A stretch of 38,777 nucleotides of DNA from Bacillota bacterium (GCA_035654855.1 DASRVY010000028.1:1-38777); one strand, 5' to 3'. Positions 8,683 through 20,830 are shown, counted from the stretch's first letter. The notes: generated by a model not told the origin, from the letters alone. Program-made: numbers and translations.

Positions 8683-10014
8683 ATGGCAGTTTTTTTTGAA
8701 AACGGATGGCAGTATTTATTGCTCGCCTGCTTATTTTTTCTGATCTATGCTTTTTATGCCGCTTTTGAAGCAGCTGTAATGGCTTTAGATGATCACGAAC
8801 TGGAAGAAAAGGCTGCGGGAGGGTCGTTAGCTGCCCGCATGCTGGTTCGTGAAACCGGCTTGGCCGGTCGTTTTATCGGCAGGATTTACGCTGCGCGCCT
8901 GGTGTATCTCTCATTGTTTGTGGCAGCTGCGGTATATGGTATATTTGATTATCTCTTGCCATCAATCTCCGGCCTTTCCGGTGCAGTTCACTTTTTGATT
9001 GTTGCGGCTTTAGGCGCCTTGTCTTTTTTCTTATTGTATGTGTTTAGTGATACCTTTGCCAAACAACGCGGCAGGGTTAAGGCGGAAGCTGTAAGTTATC
9101 GAGGCGTCTATTTTTATAAGATTTTCACTATGCCCATTCTGCCTTTATACGCACTGGGGGTATTCCTTGGATCTAAGCTGGCACATCTGTTTAAGCTGGA
9201 AAATATGGAAGCAGTTATTGCGGCGACAGAAGAAGATTTGCGCATGATTCTGAGTGCCAGTAAAGATGCCGGACACATTATGGAGCAAGATCAGGATCTG
9301 ATTGAGAATATCTTTGACTTTGATAACAAGAGCGCCGGTGAAATCATGACTCACCGTACCAATATTTCCGCCTTCAACGTAACCGACAGTTTTGAAAATG
9401 TCATGGAACTGGTAGGCAATGATCAATATACTCGTTACCCTGTCTTTGATGAGACGATTGATAATATTGTCGGCATCATCCATACAAAGGATATTTTGAG
9501 ATGGCTTTATGAAGAGAATGGCAATAGTTTCAGTATAGAAAACCTTATGCGTAAGCCGATTTTTACTCCTGAATCTCGCATCATTAAGGACCTTTTTCAC
9601 GAGATGCAGCAGGATAGAATTCAGATGGCAGTGGTCATAGATGAATATGGCGGCACTGCCGGGATAGTCACTCTGGAAGATATTGTCGAAGAGATTGTAG
9701 GCGAAATTGAAGATGAATATGACGAAGAAGAAAAAACCATAATTCGTTTAAGTGAGGATGAATGGCAGTTGGACGGCGGTGTTGAACTGGAGGATGTCGA
9801 AGAGGCCTGTCAGATCGTTTTGCCCAAAGAGGATTATGATACTGTGGCAGGTATGATAATCGCACATTTAGACCGCATCCCGGAAGAGGGCGAAAGGGTT
9901 GAAATTATCATTAACCGGGGGAAGTTTCGGGTGGAAGAAGTGCAGGATAATCGTATCAGGCTGGTGCACCTCCAAGTTTTGCCTGACGAAAATGGCCCTG
10001 TTACTCCGGAATAA
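8683..10014 (+). CDS. CNNM/CorC-type hemolysin-family protein (DUF21 TM domain + CBS pair + CorC_HlyC domain)
   Basis: N-terminal TM region, a central CBS-pair region (GEIMTHRTNI ... YTRYPVFDE ... IVGIIHTKDIL ... MAVVIDEYGGTAGIVTLEDIVEEIVGEIEDE) and a C-terminal transporter-associated domain. Confidence 0.85.
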   Translation: MAVFFENGWQYLLLACLFFLIYAFYAAFEAAVMALDDHELEEKAAGGSLAARMLVRETGLAGRFIGRIYAARLVYLSLFVAAAVYGIFDYLLPSISGLSGAVHFLIVAALGALSFFLLYVFSDTFAKQRGRVKAEAVSYRGVYFYKIFTMPILPLYALGVFLGSKLAHLFKLENMEAVIAATEEDLRMILSASKDAGHIMEQDQDLIENIFDFDNKSAGEIMTHRTNISAFNVTDSFENVMELVGNDQYTRYPVFDETIDNIVGIIHTKDILRWLYEENGNSFSIENLMRKPIFTPESRIIKDLFHEMQQDRIQMAVVIDEYGGTAGIVTLEDIVEEIVGEIEDEYDEEEKTIIRLSEDEWQLDGGVELEDVEEACQIVLPKEDYDTVAGMIIAHLDRIPEEGERVEIIINRGKFRVEEVQDNRIRLVHLQVLPDENGPVTPE

Positions 10015-10017
10015 ATC

Positions 10018-10026
10018 TGCTATAAT
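10018..10026 (+). promoter_or_regulatory. extended -10 promoter candidate (TGcTATAAT) for the foldase gene
   Basis: TGCTATAAT lies directly after the CNNM stop codon and about 74 nt before the ATG at 10100. No good -35 is present. Confidence 0.3.
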
Positions 10027-10099
10027 GTGATTTCGTGTAAAAACGGATATCTTATTAACTACAGTGTTCAATAAACACATTTTTTGAGTTGAGGGAAAA

Positions 10100-11746
10100 A
10101 TGAGCAAAAAGAATGATAGCACCTGGAAAACGGAGATTACTCGGGCTGAACGCAAGGAGCGCCTTGCCAAGCAGAAGGATAGCTCAGGTCAAAAAAAACA
10201 AATTAGAGGCTACAATTTGCTTGGCAGAATTGTCGGCATTGTTGTCGCCTTAATAATAATTGTTGCTTTGGTGTTTTGGCTGTCGGTATCAACCGGAATC
10301 TTGCACCGTTCAGTCACTGCGGCCATTATCGGCGACCAGAAGCTTTCTGTGGCGGATGTCAATACCGTATTTGGCATGCAGGCGGTCAATCCCAATATGT
10401 GGAATATGGGCAATGTCTTTACAGAGCAAGGGCAGCAGGCGCTGGATACTGAGCTGAGTTTTGTTGATGAGGATGCAACTAATTATCGACAATTCATCAG
10501 AAAGTCTGCCATAGGAGAGTGGCAAAACTCGCTTTCCCTCTACGAAGAAGGGAAAAGGAAGGGTTTTGAGCTCTCAGATTCAGATCAGCAAACGCTCGAA
10601 GACAGTCTGGAAAATTTGAGACTTCAATTAGAAGAAAGTGCTGAACAATACAGTGTTACGGTGCCGACACTGCTAAAGGTGACTTACGGCCCGGGCAGCA
10701 GATTTGAGGAGCTGGAAAAATTTTATACAATCAGTTATTATGCCGCTCTGTACATGGAAGATTATAAACAAAGCGTAGAGATTACAGAATCTGAGATGCA
10801 AGCGTTATACGAGGAAGGCAAGAATCTTTATGACATGGTTGATTATAAGGCAGTCGAATTTGTAGCGGAGTACCCTAAACAGATTGATGATGAGAGCAAG
10901 CTGAAAATAGAGAATCATACCGAGGCCCAAGCGAAAAAAATGCAAGCGGATCTCGAGGCCGGCAGAGATTTTATTGAGAGCGCTATCGAGAATGTGGAGA
11001 ATTCTGAGACAAAAGACAGTCTCAGCAGTGAACCATACTTATTCGAACACTCTTTTAGAACCTATAACGGAATTTCAGATTTTGAGGTCAGAAATTGGCT
11101 GTTTGATGAAGAGCGTGAGCCGGGTGACATTGCGATTCTTGAGTCTACTTCCGAGGCTGTATCGCAGCTTGTGACAGAAGAAGATGATGAGACAGAAGAT
11201 TCTGCTGCTCAAAAATTTAAGAGTTTTATTGTGGTTCAATTTGAAAATCGCTCCCGCCAGGATGTCCTGCCTTATACCACTCGCCATATTCTCATTTCCA
11301 GTGAAGAGGGCATAGAAACTTCAGATGCTAAACTTAAAAAGAAAGCCGAAGCAGTGCTGGAGGAATATAATACCGGAGAGAAGACAGAAGACGCTTTTGC
11401 CGAATTGGCGAAAGAATACAGTGCAGACGGTAACGCCCAGGACGGAGGCTTATACGAAGATATCAGCATAGGCAGCTTCGATGAGCAATATGAAACTTGG
11501 GCTTTGGATCCCCAGCGCCAGGAAGGCGATATAGGGCTGGTTAAATCTCAGTTTGGTTATCACGTAATCTACTATGTAGGAGCTGAGGGTGAAGAGGCGT
11601 GGAAAACAGACGCCGCCACCAGAATTCTTGATCAGCTAGTTGAAGAATGGCGTGAAGATTTGTTAAGTAATATCCCTGTTACCGTGAAAAGCTTTGGCCA
11701 CAACTTGGTGGGCAAATTCGGTTTTTTGAAGACGCTGTTCGGTTGA
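10100..11746 (+). CDS. membrane-anchored PpiC/parvulin-type peptidyl-prolyl isomerase (PrsA/SurA-like foldase)
   Basis: N-terminal TM anchor (IVGIVVALIIIVALVFWL), a long helical chaperone-like region and a C-terminal parvulin domain (HILISS ... FAELAKEYSADGNAQDGGLYEDI ... SQFGYHVIYY). Confidence 0.8.
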   Translation: MSKKNDSTWKTEITRAERKERLAKQKDSSGQKKQIRGYNLLGRIVGIVVALIIIVALVFWLSVSTGILHRSVTAAIIGDQKLSVADVNTVFGMQAVNPNMWNMGNVFTEQGQQALDTELSFVDEDATNYRQFIRKSAIGEWQNSLSLYEEGKRKGFELSDSDQQTLEDSLENLRLQLEESAEQYSVTVPTLLKVTYGPGSRFEELEKFYTISYYAALYMEDYKQSVEITESEMQALYEEGKNLYDMVDYKAVEFVAEYPKQIDDESKLKIENHTEAQAKKMQADLEAGRDFIESAIENVENSETKDSLSSEPYLFEHSFRTYNGISDFEVRNWLFDEEREPGDIAILESTSEAVSQLVTEEDDETEDSAAQKFKSFIVVQFENRSRQDVLPYTTRHILISSEEGIETSDAKLKKKAEAVLEEYNTGEKTEDAFAELAKEYSADGNAQDGGLYEDISIGSFDEQYETWALDPQRQEGDIGLVKSQFGYHVIYYVGAEGEEAWKTDAATRILDQLVEEWREDLLSNIPVTVKSFGHNLVGKFGFLKTLFG

Positions 11747-11799
11747 ATAAACATTTGGATCTGAGATAGTGAAGTTCGGGCAAGAGAAAATATTATTTC

Positions 11800-11829
11800 T
11801 TGACAAAAACTATCTATAGATAGTATAAT
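11800..11829 (+). promoter_or_regulatory. sigma-A type promoter for rpoBC (TTGACA-18 nt-TATAAT)
   Basis: Perfect -35 TTGACA (11800-11805) and perfect -10 TATAAT (11824-11829). It implies a 5' UTR of roughly 190 nt ahead of rpoB. Confidence 0.55.
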
Positions 11830-11934
11830 TTTAAGACGTGTCACTAAGTCCGGAGGTGTAATATAGAAATTTATTTTGCGCCCAAAAGACTCCGAATGAC
11901 CACAAAATATAGGTGGAAGTAAAGATGTGATGTT

Positions 11935-11968
11935 ATAACCTGCTCGCAGTATTAAGTGAGCGGGTTAT
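11935..11968 (+). promoter_or_regulatory. stable hairpin in the rpoB 5' leader (possible attenuator or processing site)
   Basis: ATAACCTGCTCGC-(8 nt)-GTGAGCGGGTTAT forms about 13 bp including two G-U pairs. It is followed by TCTGACG rather than a strong U-tract and lies 57 nt before the rpoB ATG. Confidence 0.35.
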
Positions 11969-12024
11969 TCTGACGTCACTCCAATCGGTATCGGTTTGCC
12001 GATTTAGTCGTGAGGTGATCATTG

Positions 12025-15000
12025 ATGGTAAAACCCGTTCATTATGGACGAACCGAAAGAGTATCTTATTCTAAGATCGACGAGACCATTGATATTCCAA
12101 ATCTGCTTGAGATACAAAAAGAAAGCTATAGATGGTTTATAGAAGAGGGAATGTCAGAGGTGCTGGAAGAGGCCTCTCCAATTACTGACTTCTCAGGTGA
12201 TATTGAATTATCTTTCGTTGGTCGGGAATTTGATGTCGACAATCCTACTTATTCTGTTGATGAGTGTAAGGAGAGGGACGCTAACTACGCCGCCAAGTTA
12301 TATGTGCATGTGCGCCTTCATACTAAAGCTAATGACAGAATAAAAGACCAGAGTGTCTATATCGGCGAATTCCCGATTATGACTGATACCGGAACCTTTA
12401 TTATTAACGGCGCGGAAAGAGTAATAATCAGCCAGCTCGTACGCTCTCCCGGTGCCTATTTTGGCGAGGAGAAAGATAAGAATGACGCAACCTTATACAC
12501 AGGGCAGATCATTCCTAATCGCGGCGCCTGGCTGGAGTTTGAGTCGGATGCCAACGGTTTGCTGTGGGTGCGAATTGACCGAACCAGAAAATTTCATTTG
12601 ACAATTTTCCTGCGCTCTCTGGGCTTTGGCACTGACGCCGAGATCCAGGAGATATTTGGCGATGAGGAGTCCTTGATGCGTACAATGCAAAAGGACGGCT
12701 GCTCTAATGAGATGGAAGGTCTGCAGGAGATGTTCAAGAAGCTTCGCTCGGGCGAGGTCTATACTCGTGAAGGAGCTGAGAGTTTTCTTCAGAACATGTT
12801 CTTCGACGCCAATCGCTATGATCTGGCTAAAGTCGGTGTTTATAAGATTAACAAGAAGTTGTCCTTGGCTGATCGCGTGATAGGACATCGCGCAGCTACG
12901 GATGTAATTGATGAAGACGGTGAGATCCTTGTCCTCAAGGATGATATTATTACCAAGGACATGGCCTGGCAGATTCAAAATGCCGGCGTAAATCACTTGG
13001 ATATTTATCCTATCCAGATAGTCGGAGATAATCTGGTTCAATATGAACATCAGCTGCGCGTTGTTGGCAATGGCAGAGTAGAAGCTCCTGAGTATCTGCA
13101 AAGATATTTTAGTGCAAAAGAGTTGGCAGAAATTGACTTTAGGAAGCTGGGAGTAACGGAACTGGTTTACACATCAGTTCTAAGAGCCATCGCCAAGGAA
13201 GCTAAGGAAACCGATGAGCCTCTCGACGCTCTGCAAAAATCTATTAAGGAGCGTATCCGCGAACTGATTCCTCACCACCTGACAGTTGACGATATTCTGG
13301 CATCAGCCAGCTATTTTATCGGGCTGGAATATGGTGTTGGTGAGGTAGATGACATTGATCATCTAGGGAACCGGCGCATTCGCTCTGTGGGAGAGCTCCT
13401 GCAAAACCAGATGAGACTGGGCTTCTCAAGGATGGATCGTGTTATCCGCGAGCGCATGCAGTCTTTGTCAGATAAAACAAGTGCTGAATCTAAGGATATC
13501 GTCAATACACGGCCTGTAAGTGCTGCAATTAAAGAATTCTTCGGTTCTTCTCAGTTGTCACAGTTCTTGGATCAGACAAACCCGCTGGCCGAGCTGACGC
13601 ACAAGAGGCGTCTCTCCGCACTTGGACCGGGAGGGCTGTCGAGAGAGAGGGCCAACTTTGAAGTCCGTGACGTGCACTCCTCATATTATGGCAGGATGTG
13701 CCCGATTGAGACTCCTGAAGGTCCTAATATCGGCTTGATCAATTCGCTGGCTACGTATGCCCGAGTTAATAATTATGGATTCATTGAAACTCCTTATCGT
13801 GTGTATGACAAAGAGAAGGGCGTTGTCACGCGCGACATTAGATACATGACCGCAGATGAGGAGGACTACTATAATATCGCTCAGGCGAATGAGCCTTTGG
13901 ATGAGGAAGGACACTTCCTCTCAGATCGTGTGGTCTGTCGTTATCTTGACCAATTTTTGGAACTGCCGCCTGAGCAGGTAGATCTAATGGATGTCTCCCC
14001 CAAGCAGCTGGTATCAGTGGCCACTGCCTTAATTCCTTTCTTGGGCAATGACGATGCAAACCGCGCACTTATGGGTTCTAATATGCAGAGACAGGCTGTC
14101 CCCCTGATTCAAACCGAAGCGCCGATAATCGGCACCGGGATTGAGTATAGAGCGGCTAAAGATTCCGGCGTTTGTATTGTAGCGGCAAATGACGGTGAGG
14201 TGGACTTTGTGTCTGCCGATGAAATAAAGGTGCGCCGCAAAGACAAAAAAATTGATCATTATCCGTTAACAAAATACACACGTTCAAATCAGGGCACCTG
14301 CATTAATCAGCGTCCTCTGGTAAAAGTAGGGGATATTGTTGCAGCAGGTGATATTGTCGCTGACGGTCCTTCAACAGATAATGGCGAGCTTGCTTTGGGA
14401 CGCAATGTCCTGATCGGCTTTATGACCTGGGAAGGTTATAACTATGAAGACGCTGTTTTGATCAGCGAACGACTTGTGCGCGATGATGTTTACACTTCGA
14501 TACACATTACTGAATATGAGAGTGAAGCCAGAGACACTAAACTGGGCCCGGAAGAAATAACCAGAGAGATTCCTAATGTCGGTGACGATGCCCTTAAGGA
14601 TCTGGATGAGGACGGCATCATCAGAGTGGGTGCTGAAGTTCATGCCGGCGATATCATTGTCGGTAAAGTTACACCTAAAGGCGAGACGGAACTAACACCT
14701 GAAGAACGCCTATATCGCGCCATCTTCGGAGAGAAAGTTCGTGAAGTCAGAGATACTTCTGCACGCGTTCCTCACGGTGAGTCGGGAATTATTGTTGATG
14801 TTAAAGTATTCACGCGCGAAGATGACGAGCAGCTTAAGCATGGAGTTACAAAACTGGTGCGTGTTTATATCGCCCAAAAACGTAAAATTTCGGTTGGAGA
14901 TAAAATGGCCGGACGTCACGGCAATAAAGGCGTTATATCTCGGATTCTGCCGGAAGAAGACATGCCCTTTATGCCTGACGGCACGCCGCTCGACATTGTC

Positions 15001-15819
15001 TTAAATCCGCTCGGTGTCCCATCTCGTATGAATATCGGTCAGCTCCTCGAGGTGCATCTGGGACTGGCTGCCAAGAAGCTTGGCTGGAAGGTTGCTACTC
15101 CGGTCTTTGACGGAGCTGTTGAAAGCGATGTTGTTGAAGCCTTCAAAAGAGCTGATATTGACGATGATGGCAAAACGATCCTCTATGATGGCCGCACGGG
15201 AGAGCCTTTCGAGAATAGAATAACTGTCGGCATCATGTATTATCTTAAGCTTTTGCATCTGGTCGACGATAAGATACACGCCCGCTCGATCGGACCATAT
15301 TCTTTAGTTACGCAGCAGCCTTTGGGCGGAAAAGCTCAGTTCGGCGGTCAGCGTTTTGGAGAGATGGAAGTCTGGGCTCTGGAAGCCTATGGCGCTGCCT
15401 ATACTCTGCAGGAGATTCTGACAGTGAAGTCTGACGATATTCAAGGCAGGACAAAGACTTATGAAGCAATAGTTAAAGGGGAGAATATACCCGAACCGGG
15501 CGTACCTGAAGCTTTCAAAGTACTGGTTAAAGAACTCCAATCCTTGGCTCTGGACGTTAGAATCATTGATGAAAAAGATCAGCTGATGGAGATTCAGGAA
15601 GGCGTTGGCGAAGACGACAGTTCCTCAGCCGGCGTTATCAGAGATCTCGAAGATTTATTAGAAAGCTCATCCTTGGGAGCCGGCGAGCTGGCTGCGGCAG
15701 GATATACTGCCGGAGAGTTAACAGAAGAAGGCGAAGTCGATGAAGACGATGAGTCTCAGGAAGATGGCGAAGATCAGAATGCGGTTACTGCAGACGCTGA
15801 TGAAGACGATGAGAATTAA
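12025..15819 (+). CDS. rpoB: DNA-directed RNA polymerase subunit beta
   Basis: Unambiguous RpoB blocks: [23 protein letters not shown], the rifampicin-cluster region [30 protein letters not shown], then NMQRQAVPL and [15 protein letters not shown]. The ATG at 12025 is 7 nt after GAGGTG; the track begins one codon earlier at a TTG. The last 72 aa form an acidic tail. Confidence 0.98.
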   Translation: MVKPVHYGRTERVSYSKIDETIDIPNLLEIQKESYRWFIEEGMSEVLEEASPITDFSGDIELSFVGREFDVDNPTYSVDECKERDANYAAKLYVHVRLHTKANDRIKDQSVYIGEFPIMTDTGTFIINGAERVIISQLVRSPGAYFGEEKDKNDATLYTGQIIPNRGAWLEFESDANGLLWVRIDRTRKFHLTIFLRSLGFGTDAEIQEIFGDEESLMRTMQKDGCSNEMEGLQEMFKKLRSGEVYTREGAESFLQNMFFDANRYDLAKVGVYKINKKLSLADRVIGHRAATDVIDEDGEILVLKDDIITKDMAWQIQNAGVNHLDIYPIQIVGDNLVQYEHQLRVVGNGRVEAPEYLQRYFSAKELAEIDFRKLGVTELVYTSVLRAIAKEAKETDEPLDALQKSIKERIRELIPHHLTVDDILASASYFIGLEYGVGEVDDIDHLGNRRIRSVGELLQNQMRLGFSRMDRVIRERMQSLSDKTSAESKDIVNTRPVSAAIKEFFGSSQLSQFLDQTNPLAELTHKRRLSALGPGGLSRERANFEVRDVHSSYYGRMCPIETPEGPNIGLINSLATYARVNNYGFIETPYRVYDKEKGVVTRDIRYMTADEEDYYNIAQANEPLDEEGHFLSDRVVCRYLDQFLELPPEQVDLMDVSPKQLVSVATALIPFLGNDDANRALMGSNMQRQAVPLIQTEAPIIGTGIEYRAAKDSGVCIVAANDGEVDFVSADEIKVRRKDKKIDHYPLTKYTRSNQGTCINQRPLVKVGDIVAAGDIVADGPSTDNGELALGRNVLIGFMTWEGYNYEDAVLISERLVRDDVYTSIHITEYESEARDTKLGPEEITREIPNVGDDALKDLDEDGIIRVGAEVHAGDIIVGKVTPKGETELTPEERLYRAIFGEKVREVRDTSARVPHGESGIIVDVKVFTREDDEQLKHGVTKLVRVYIAQKRKISVGDKMAGRHGNKGVISRILPEEDMPFMPDGTPLDIVLNPLGVPSRMNIGQLLEVHLGLAAKKLGWKVATPVFDGAVESDVVEAFKRADIDDDGKTILYDGRTGEPFENRITVGIMYYLKLLHLVDDKIHARSIGPYSLVTQQPLGGKAQFGGQRFGEMEVWALEAYGAAYTLQEILTVKSDDIQGRTKTYEAIVKGENIPEPGVPEAFKVLVKELQSLALDVRIIDEKDQLMEIQEGVGEDDSSSAGVIRDLEDLLESSSLGAGELAAAGYTAGELTEEGEVDEDDESQEDGEDQNAVTADADEDDEN

Positions 15820-15841
15820 GATCTAATACAAGAGGGATAAT

Positions 15842-18800
15842 ATGTCAGAAATCAATAATTTTGAAGCAATAGGTATAGGTCTTGCCTCCCCGGAAAAAAT
15901 TCTTGAGTGGTCTCATGGCGAGGTCAAAAAACCTGAAACCATAAACTACCGCACACTAAAGCCGGAGTTGGACGGCTTGTTCTGTGAGAAGATCTTTGGA
16001 CCTACCAAAGATTGGGAGTGCCATTGCGGGAAATACAAGAAGATCAGATATAAAGGAATCGTCTGCGACCGATGCGGTGTTGAAGTTACCAGGTCTAAGG
16101 TTAGACGCGAGCGAATGGGACATATTCGCTTGGCAGCGCCTGTATCTCACATTTGGTATTTTCGGGGAATTCCCAGCCGCATGGGTCTGGTCTTGGATAT
16201 GTCACCGCGCAATCTGGAGAAGATCCTATACTTTGCCGCCTATATCGTAATAGACCCGGGCTCTACGGATCTGAGTAAATACGATATTATCAATGAGCGC
16301 GAATACAGAGAATATATCAACGAGTACGGCCGTCACGATTTTGTCGCCAAAATGGGCGCAGAAGCTATCAAAGATTTGTTGGGTCAGATTGATATTCCCG
16401 CTTTGGCAGATGACCTTAGAGAACAGCTGCAAGAGGCGAAAGGACAAAAGAAGAGCCGTCTGATCAAGAGATTGGAAGTAATCGAAGCATTCAAGCTTTC
16501 CGGATTCAATCCTGAATGGATGGTTCTGGACGTGCTGCCGGTCCTTCCTCCCGAGCTGCGCCCTATGGTTCAATTAGACGGCGGACGTTTTGCGACCTCT
16601 GATTTAAATGATCTTTATCGCCGTGTTATTAACCGCAATAATCGTCTGAACAAATTGCTGCAGTTGGGCGCGCCGAATATCATGGTCAGAAATGAAAAGA
16701 GAATGCTGCAGGAAGCAGTAGATGCCTTGATTGACAACGGACGCCGAGGCAGAGCAGTGACAGGAGCCGGAAACCGTGCGCTAAAATCTTTGTCTGATTT
16801 GCTTAAGGGCAAGCAGGGACGCTTCCGTCAGAATTTGCTGGGAAAACGTGTTGACTATTCCGGGCGTTCAGTTATCGTTGTAGGCCCCGAACTCAAGATG
16901 CATCAGTGTGGTCTGCCTAAGGAAATGGCTCTAGAACTCTTTAAGCCGTTTGTCATGTGTGAGATTGTAAAGAAGGAACTTGCGCAGAATATTAAATCCG
17001 CCCGGCGTTTAGTGGAAAGAGGCGGAGACATGGTCTGGGATACACTGGAAGAAGTGATCAAGGATCACCCGGTGCTCCTGAATCGAGCGCCTACATTACA
17101 CAGATTGGGTATTCAAGCCTTTGAGCCTGTGCTGGTTGAAGGGCGGGCGATTCAGCTGCATCCTTTGGTTTGCACGGCCTATAATGCTGACTTTGACGGC
17201 GACCAGATGGCCGTACACGTTCCCTTGTCATCAGAGGCTCAAGCTGAAGCAAGATTTTTGATGCTGGCTTCCAACAATCTGCTCAAGCCTCAGGATGGAA
17301 AACCGGTCACAGTGCCCACTCAAGATATGGTCATGGGCATTTACTATCTTACAATTGATCAAGAGCCGGAAGATTTTGACCCTGAAAACTTGCCTGCATT
17401 CAGCGATGTGGATGAAGCAAATATGGCTTATGAGAGAGATCTGATTACCTTGCGTCAGCCCATTAAGGTGAGAAGGACTGTTGAGGTGGACGGTAAAATT
17501 ATTAGTGGGGTTGTCACCTCCACTATGGGCAGATTTATCTTCAACACAGTCATTCCTCAGGACCTGGGCTTTGTTAATCGCTCCGGCGGCGGCAAGGATC
17601 TCCTGAAATTGGAATGTGATTTTCTGGTCGGCAAAAAGCAGTTAGGGCAAATTATTGAAAAATGCATCCATATCCATGGGATAACCGAAACATCAAAAGT
17701 ACTGGATCAAATCAAAGCAATGGGATTCCACTACTCGACAATCGGGGGAATTTCGATCGGCATATTTGACATGGTTGTTCCCGATGTTAAAGAGAAATTG
17801 ATTGCGGAAGCAGAAAAAAAAGTAGCTGAGGTTAACCGCCATCACCAACGCGGGCTTCTTAACAAAGAAGGAAGATACCGCGCCGTGGTTGATATTTGGA
17901 GGCGCACTACCGATGAAATTACGGAAGAGCTTAAAAAGAATCTCAGCCGTTTTAATCCAGTCTATATGATGTCTCAATCGGGTGCCCGCGGCAATATCAA
18001 TCAGATCAAACAATTGGCCGGTATGCGCGGTAATATGGCGGATACAACCGGACGCACTGTTGAGATACCCATCAAGTCTAACTTGCGTGAAGGTATGAAT
18101 GTGCTGGAGTTCTTTATCTCTTCTCACGGTGCTCGTAAATCACTGTCGGATACTGCTTTGAAGACAGCCGACTCAGGCTATCTTACCAGGCGTCTGGTCG
18201 ATATCGCGCAGGATGTAATCATTCGCGAAGAAGATTGTCAGACCGAAGAGTTTATTGAAGTATCCGCCATTACTGTTGGCGGAAAAAATAAGAGCAGAGT
18301 GGTTCAGACACTTTATGACAGAGTCCGCGGCCGCTACGCCGCAGAAGATGTAATTGATCCCAAAACTCAGGAAGTAATAATTGAGGCCGGAGGATTGATT
18401 ACTAATGATCAGGCACAGATGATCGAAGATTCCGATCTCGAAAAGGTTAAGATCAGAAGCAATTTGACCTGTGCATGTCCATCCGGAGTTTGTGCTAAAT
18501 GCTATGGAGTTAATCTGGCAACAGGCAAAGCCGCGGTCGTAGGTGAGGCAGTGGGTATTATGGCTGCTCAGTCAATCGGCGAGCCCGGGACGCAGCTTAC
18601 CATGCGCACCTTCCATACCGGAGGTATCGCAGCCACAGACGATATTACACAAGGTTTGCCACGTGTAGAAGAGCTGTTTGAAGCGCGTAAACCTAAAGGA
18701 CAGGCGATTATTGCCGAGCTGGAAGGAGTGGTCAAGATCGTCGAGATAGATAAGAAAAAGCGTGAAGTGATTGTAACTTCTGCTGACGGCGAGAGTAAAT

Positions 18801-19423
18801 CTCACCCAATTCCTCTTTCTATTCCAATTCTTGTTGACGATGATGACTACGTCGAAGTTGGGGACTTCATCACGGACGGTTCAGTTAATCCTCAGGATAT
18901 TATGAGAATAAAAGGACCTGAGGGAGTTCAAAAATACATTATTACTGAAGTACTGAAGGTATATAAGAATAACGGCGTCGATATTAATGACAAGCATATT
19001 GAGATTATAGCCAGACAAATGCTGCGCAAGTGCAGGATTGAAGATTCGGGCGATACGGATATGCTGACAGGCAGCCTGGTTGATATGTTTGATTTCGAGA
19101 GCACAAATGCATTGACAGAAGCTCAAGGACTTAAACCGGCAGGAGGTAATCGAGTATTGCTGGGTATAACCAAGGCATCGCTCGCTACGGATTCATTCCT
19201 GTCGGCAGCATCCTTCCAAGAGACAACAAGGGTTTTGACCGATGCGGCTGTCAAGGGCAAAGTTGATCCCCTGCTTGGATTGAAAGAGAATGTCATTATC
19301 GGCAAGCTGATTCCGGCGGGCAGCGGTATGCCTCGCTATCGCAATATAACAGCTATTCCGGTGGTTCCTGAAAATATGGAACTGCTGGAAGAAACAGAGC
19401 CGCAGCGCGAAGCTGTCAGCTGA
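15842..19423 (+). CDS. rpoC: DNA-directed RNA polymerase subunit beta'
   Basis: Zn-finger [23 protein letters not shown], catalytic [12 protein letters not shown], and bridge-helix/trigger-loop regions ([25 protein letters not shown]). 1193 aa. Confidence 0.98.
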   Translation: MSEINNFEAIGIGLASPEKILEWSHGEVKKPETINYRTLKPELDGLFCEKIFGPTKDWECHCGKYKKIRYKGIVCDRCGVEVTRSKVRRERMGHIRLAAPVSHIWYFRGIPSRMGLVLDMSPRNLEKILYFAAYIVIDPGSTDLSKYDIINEREYREYINEYGRHDFVAKMGAEAIKDLLGQIDIPALADDLREQLQEAKGQKKSRLIKRLEVIEAFKLSGFNPEWMVLDVLPVLPPELRPMVQLDGGRFATSDLNDLYRRVINRNNRLNKLLQLGAPNIMVRNEKRMLQEAVDALIDNGRRGRAVTGAGNRALKSLSDLLKGKQGRFRQNLLGKRVDYSGRSVIVVGPELKMHQCGLPKEMALELFKPFVMCEIVKKELAQNIKSARRLVERGGDMVWDTLEEVIKDHPVLLNRAPTLHRLGIQAFEPVLVEGRAIQLHPLVCTAYNADFDGDQMAVHVPLSSEAQAEARFLMLASNNLLKPQDGKPVTVPTQDMVMGIYYLTIDQEPEDFDPENLPAFSDVDEANMAYERDLITLRQPIKVRRTVEVDGKIISGVVTSTMGRFIFNTVIPQDLGFVNRSGGGKDLLKLECDFLVGKKQLGQIIEKCIHIHGITETSKVLDQIKAMGFHYSTIGGISIGIFDMVVPDVKEKLIAEAEKKVAEVNRHHQRGLLNKEGRYRAVVDIWRRTTDEITEELKKNLSRFNPVYMMSQSGARGNINQIKQLAGMRGNMADTTGRTVEIPIKSNLREGMNVLEFFISSHGARKSLSDTALKTADSGYLTRRLVDIAQDVIIREEDCQTEEFIEVSAITVGGKNKSRVVQTLYDRVRGRYAAEDVIDPKTQEVIIEAGGLITNDQAQMIEDSDLEKVKIRSNLTCACPSGVCAKCYGVNLATGKAAVVGEAVGIMAAQSIGEPGTQLTMRTFHTGGIAATDDITQGLPRVEELFEARKPKGQAIIAELEGVVKIVEIDKKKREVIVTSADGESKSHPIPLSIPILVDDDDYVEVGDFITDGSVNPQDIMRIKGPEGVQKYIITEVLKVYKNNGVDINDKHIEIIARQMLRKCRIEDSGDTDMLTGSLVDMFDFESTNALTEAQGLKPAGGNRVLLGITKASLATDSFLSAASFQETTRVLTDAAVKGKVDPLLGLKENVIIGKLIPAGSGMPRYRNITAIPVVPENMELLEETEPQREAVS

Positions 19424-19445
19424 ACGAATATAATTAAAGCATTCT

Positions 19446-19476
19446 AATGAGCTCGAGATAATCTCGGGCTCTCATT
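19446..19476 (+). terminator. 12-bp bulged hairpin downstream of rpoC
   Basis: AATGAGCTCGAG-ATAAT-CTCGGG(CT)CTCATT, 22 nt after the rpoC stop. It lacks a U-tract, so it may be only a partial terminator or a stabiliser. Confidence 0.4.
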
Positions 19477-19492
19477 ATAGGGGGAGATTTTC

Positions 19493-20830
19493 ATGACGGA
19501 TATTTTAAAAAACATCAGTGCCGAAGCCGGAAGAATAGTCTCTTTGCTCCGGAAGAAAGAAGAAATTATCTGGTTTAATCCGCAAAGAGGCAAGTTTGGT
19601 TCACTGAATACTGTCGATCAGAAATCTTTGGCAGCTATGCAAGAGGCGGCAGAGCGTTTGCAGCGCTTCGCTCCCTGGGTTGAGCTTAATTTTCCTGCCA
19701 CTGCCGCAGACAAAGGGCTGATTGAGTCACCGCTCGTTTCGATCAATCGAATGCAGCAAGAACTGGATCCTGATGGCAGTGTTGAGGGGAAAATGTATTT
19801 GAAACGCGATGATATCTTGCCGGTATCCGGATCTATTAAAGCTCGAGGCGGAATCTATGAGATACTCAAACTGGCAGAGACAATAGCTCTGAAGCATCAA
19901 TTGATCAGTATGGAAGATGACTATGCGGCTTTATCTTCTCCGGAGAACAAAAAGGTATTTTCAACTTATTCGGTTGCCGTCGGCTCTACCGGCAATCTCG
20001 GCCTTTCGGTAGGAATTATCAGTGCTCAGCTTGGCTTCAAAACAACAGTGCATATGTCTTCTGATGCTAGGGAGTGGAAGAAAGAAAAACTCAGATCGCT
20101 GGGCGTTATTGTGGTTGAATATGACGACGATTATAGCAAAGCTGTGGCTGAAGGCAGGAAATCCGCAGAAGCAGATCCTTCCTGTCACTTTGTCGATGAT
20201 GAGAACTCAGAGGATCTTTTTATGGGCTACTCCGTAGCTGCTTTGCGCCTTCAACATCAATTGGAAGACTTGAATATTAAAATCGATAAAGAGCATCCTC
20301 TTTTCGTCTACATCCCCTGCGGAGTCGGCACAGGACCCGGTGGTGTCGGCTGGGGGCTGCGCCATCTTTATGGTGAGAATGTCTATGTTTTCTTTGCCGA
20401 ACCGACAGAATCTCCTTGCATGCTGCTGGGCTTGGTGACAGGCCAAAGAGAGAAAATATCTGTTTATGATATCGGACTTTCCGGTAAAACTGAGGCGGAC
20501 GGCCTGGCCGTTTCCAGGCCTTCCGGCCCTGTATGCGAGAAGTTGGAACCATCGCTGGCAGGCTGTCTGACGATTGAAGATGAGCATTTATACAGCTTGC
20601 TCAGCAGTTTGGAAGAAACAGAGGGCATTAGACTTGAGCCATCAGCTCTGGCAGGCATGATTGGGCCTAAGGTTTTGAGTACGTCGGCTGAAGGCAAGGC
20701 CTGGCTGGCAGAGAATAATTTGACAGACTCTATGGCGGACGCTGTGCATGTCGTCTGGGCTACCGGCGGCAGTATGGTGCCGACGGAAGAAATGCAAGAT
20801 TTCATTGAGCGAGGACGTCAAGATAATTGA
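19493..20830 (+). CDS. dsdA: D-serine ammonia-lyase (PLP-dependent)
   Basis: N-terminal WFNP, RLQRFAPW and the PLP-lysine motif LPVSGSIKARGGIYE are collinear with E. coli DsdA. 445 aa. SD GGGGGAG precedes the ATG. Confidence 0.85.
   Translation: MTDILKNISAEAGRIVSLLRKKEEIIWFNPQRGKFGSLNTVDQKSLAAMQEAAERLQRFAPWVELNFPATAADKGLIESPLVSINRMQQELDPDGSVEGKMYLKRDDILPVSGSIKARGGIYEILKLAETIALKHQLISMEDDYAALSSPENKKVFSTYSVAVGSTGNLGLSVGIISAQLGFKTTVHMSSDAREWKKEKLRSLGVIVVEYDDDYSKAVAEGRKSAEADPSCHFVDDENSEDLFMGYSVAALRLQHQLEDLNIKIDKEHPLFVYIPCGVGTGPGGVGWGLRHLYGENVYVFFAEPTESPCMLLGLVTGQREKISVYDIGLSGKTEADGLAVSRPSGPVCEKLEPSLAGCLTIEDEHLYSLLSSLEETEGIRLEPSALAGMIGPKVLSTSAEGKAWLAENNLTDSMADAVHVVWATGGSMVPTEEMQDFIERGRQDN

Noticed and set aside
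12493-13101. A 202-aa ORF antisense to rpoB, plus other long antisense ORFs: 25578-26375 opposite cysS (265 aa), 9145-9600 opposite the CNNM gene, 17693-18127 opposite rpoC, and 20207-20587 opposite dsdA.
   Set aside because: Each lies entirely inside a strongly supported conserved gene on the other strand. None has a recognisable motif or SD, and their composition is low-complexity or odd. They are typical shadow ORFs.
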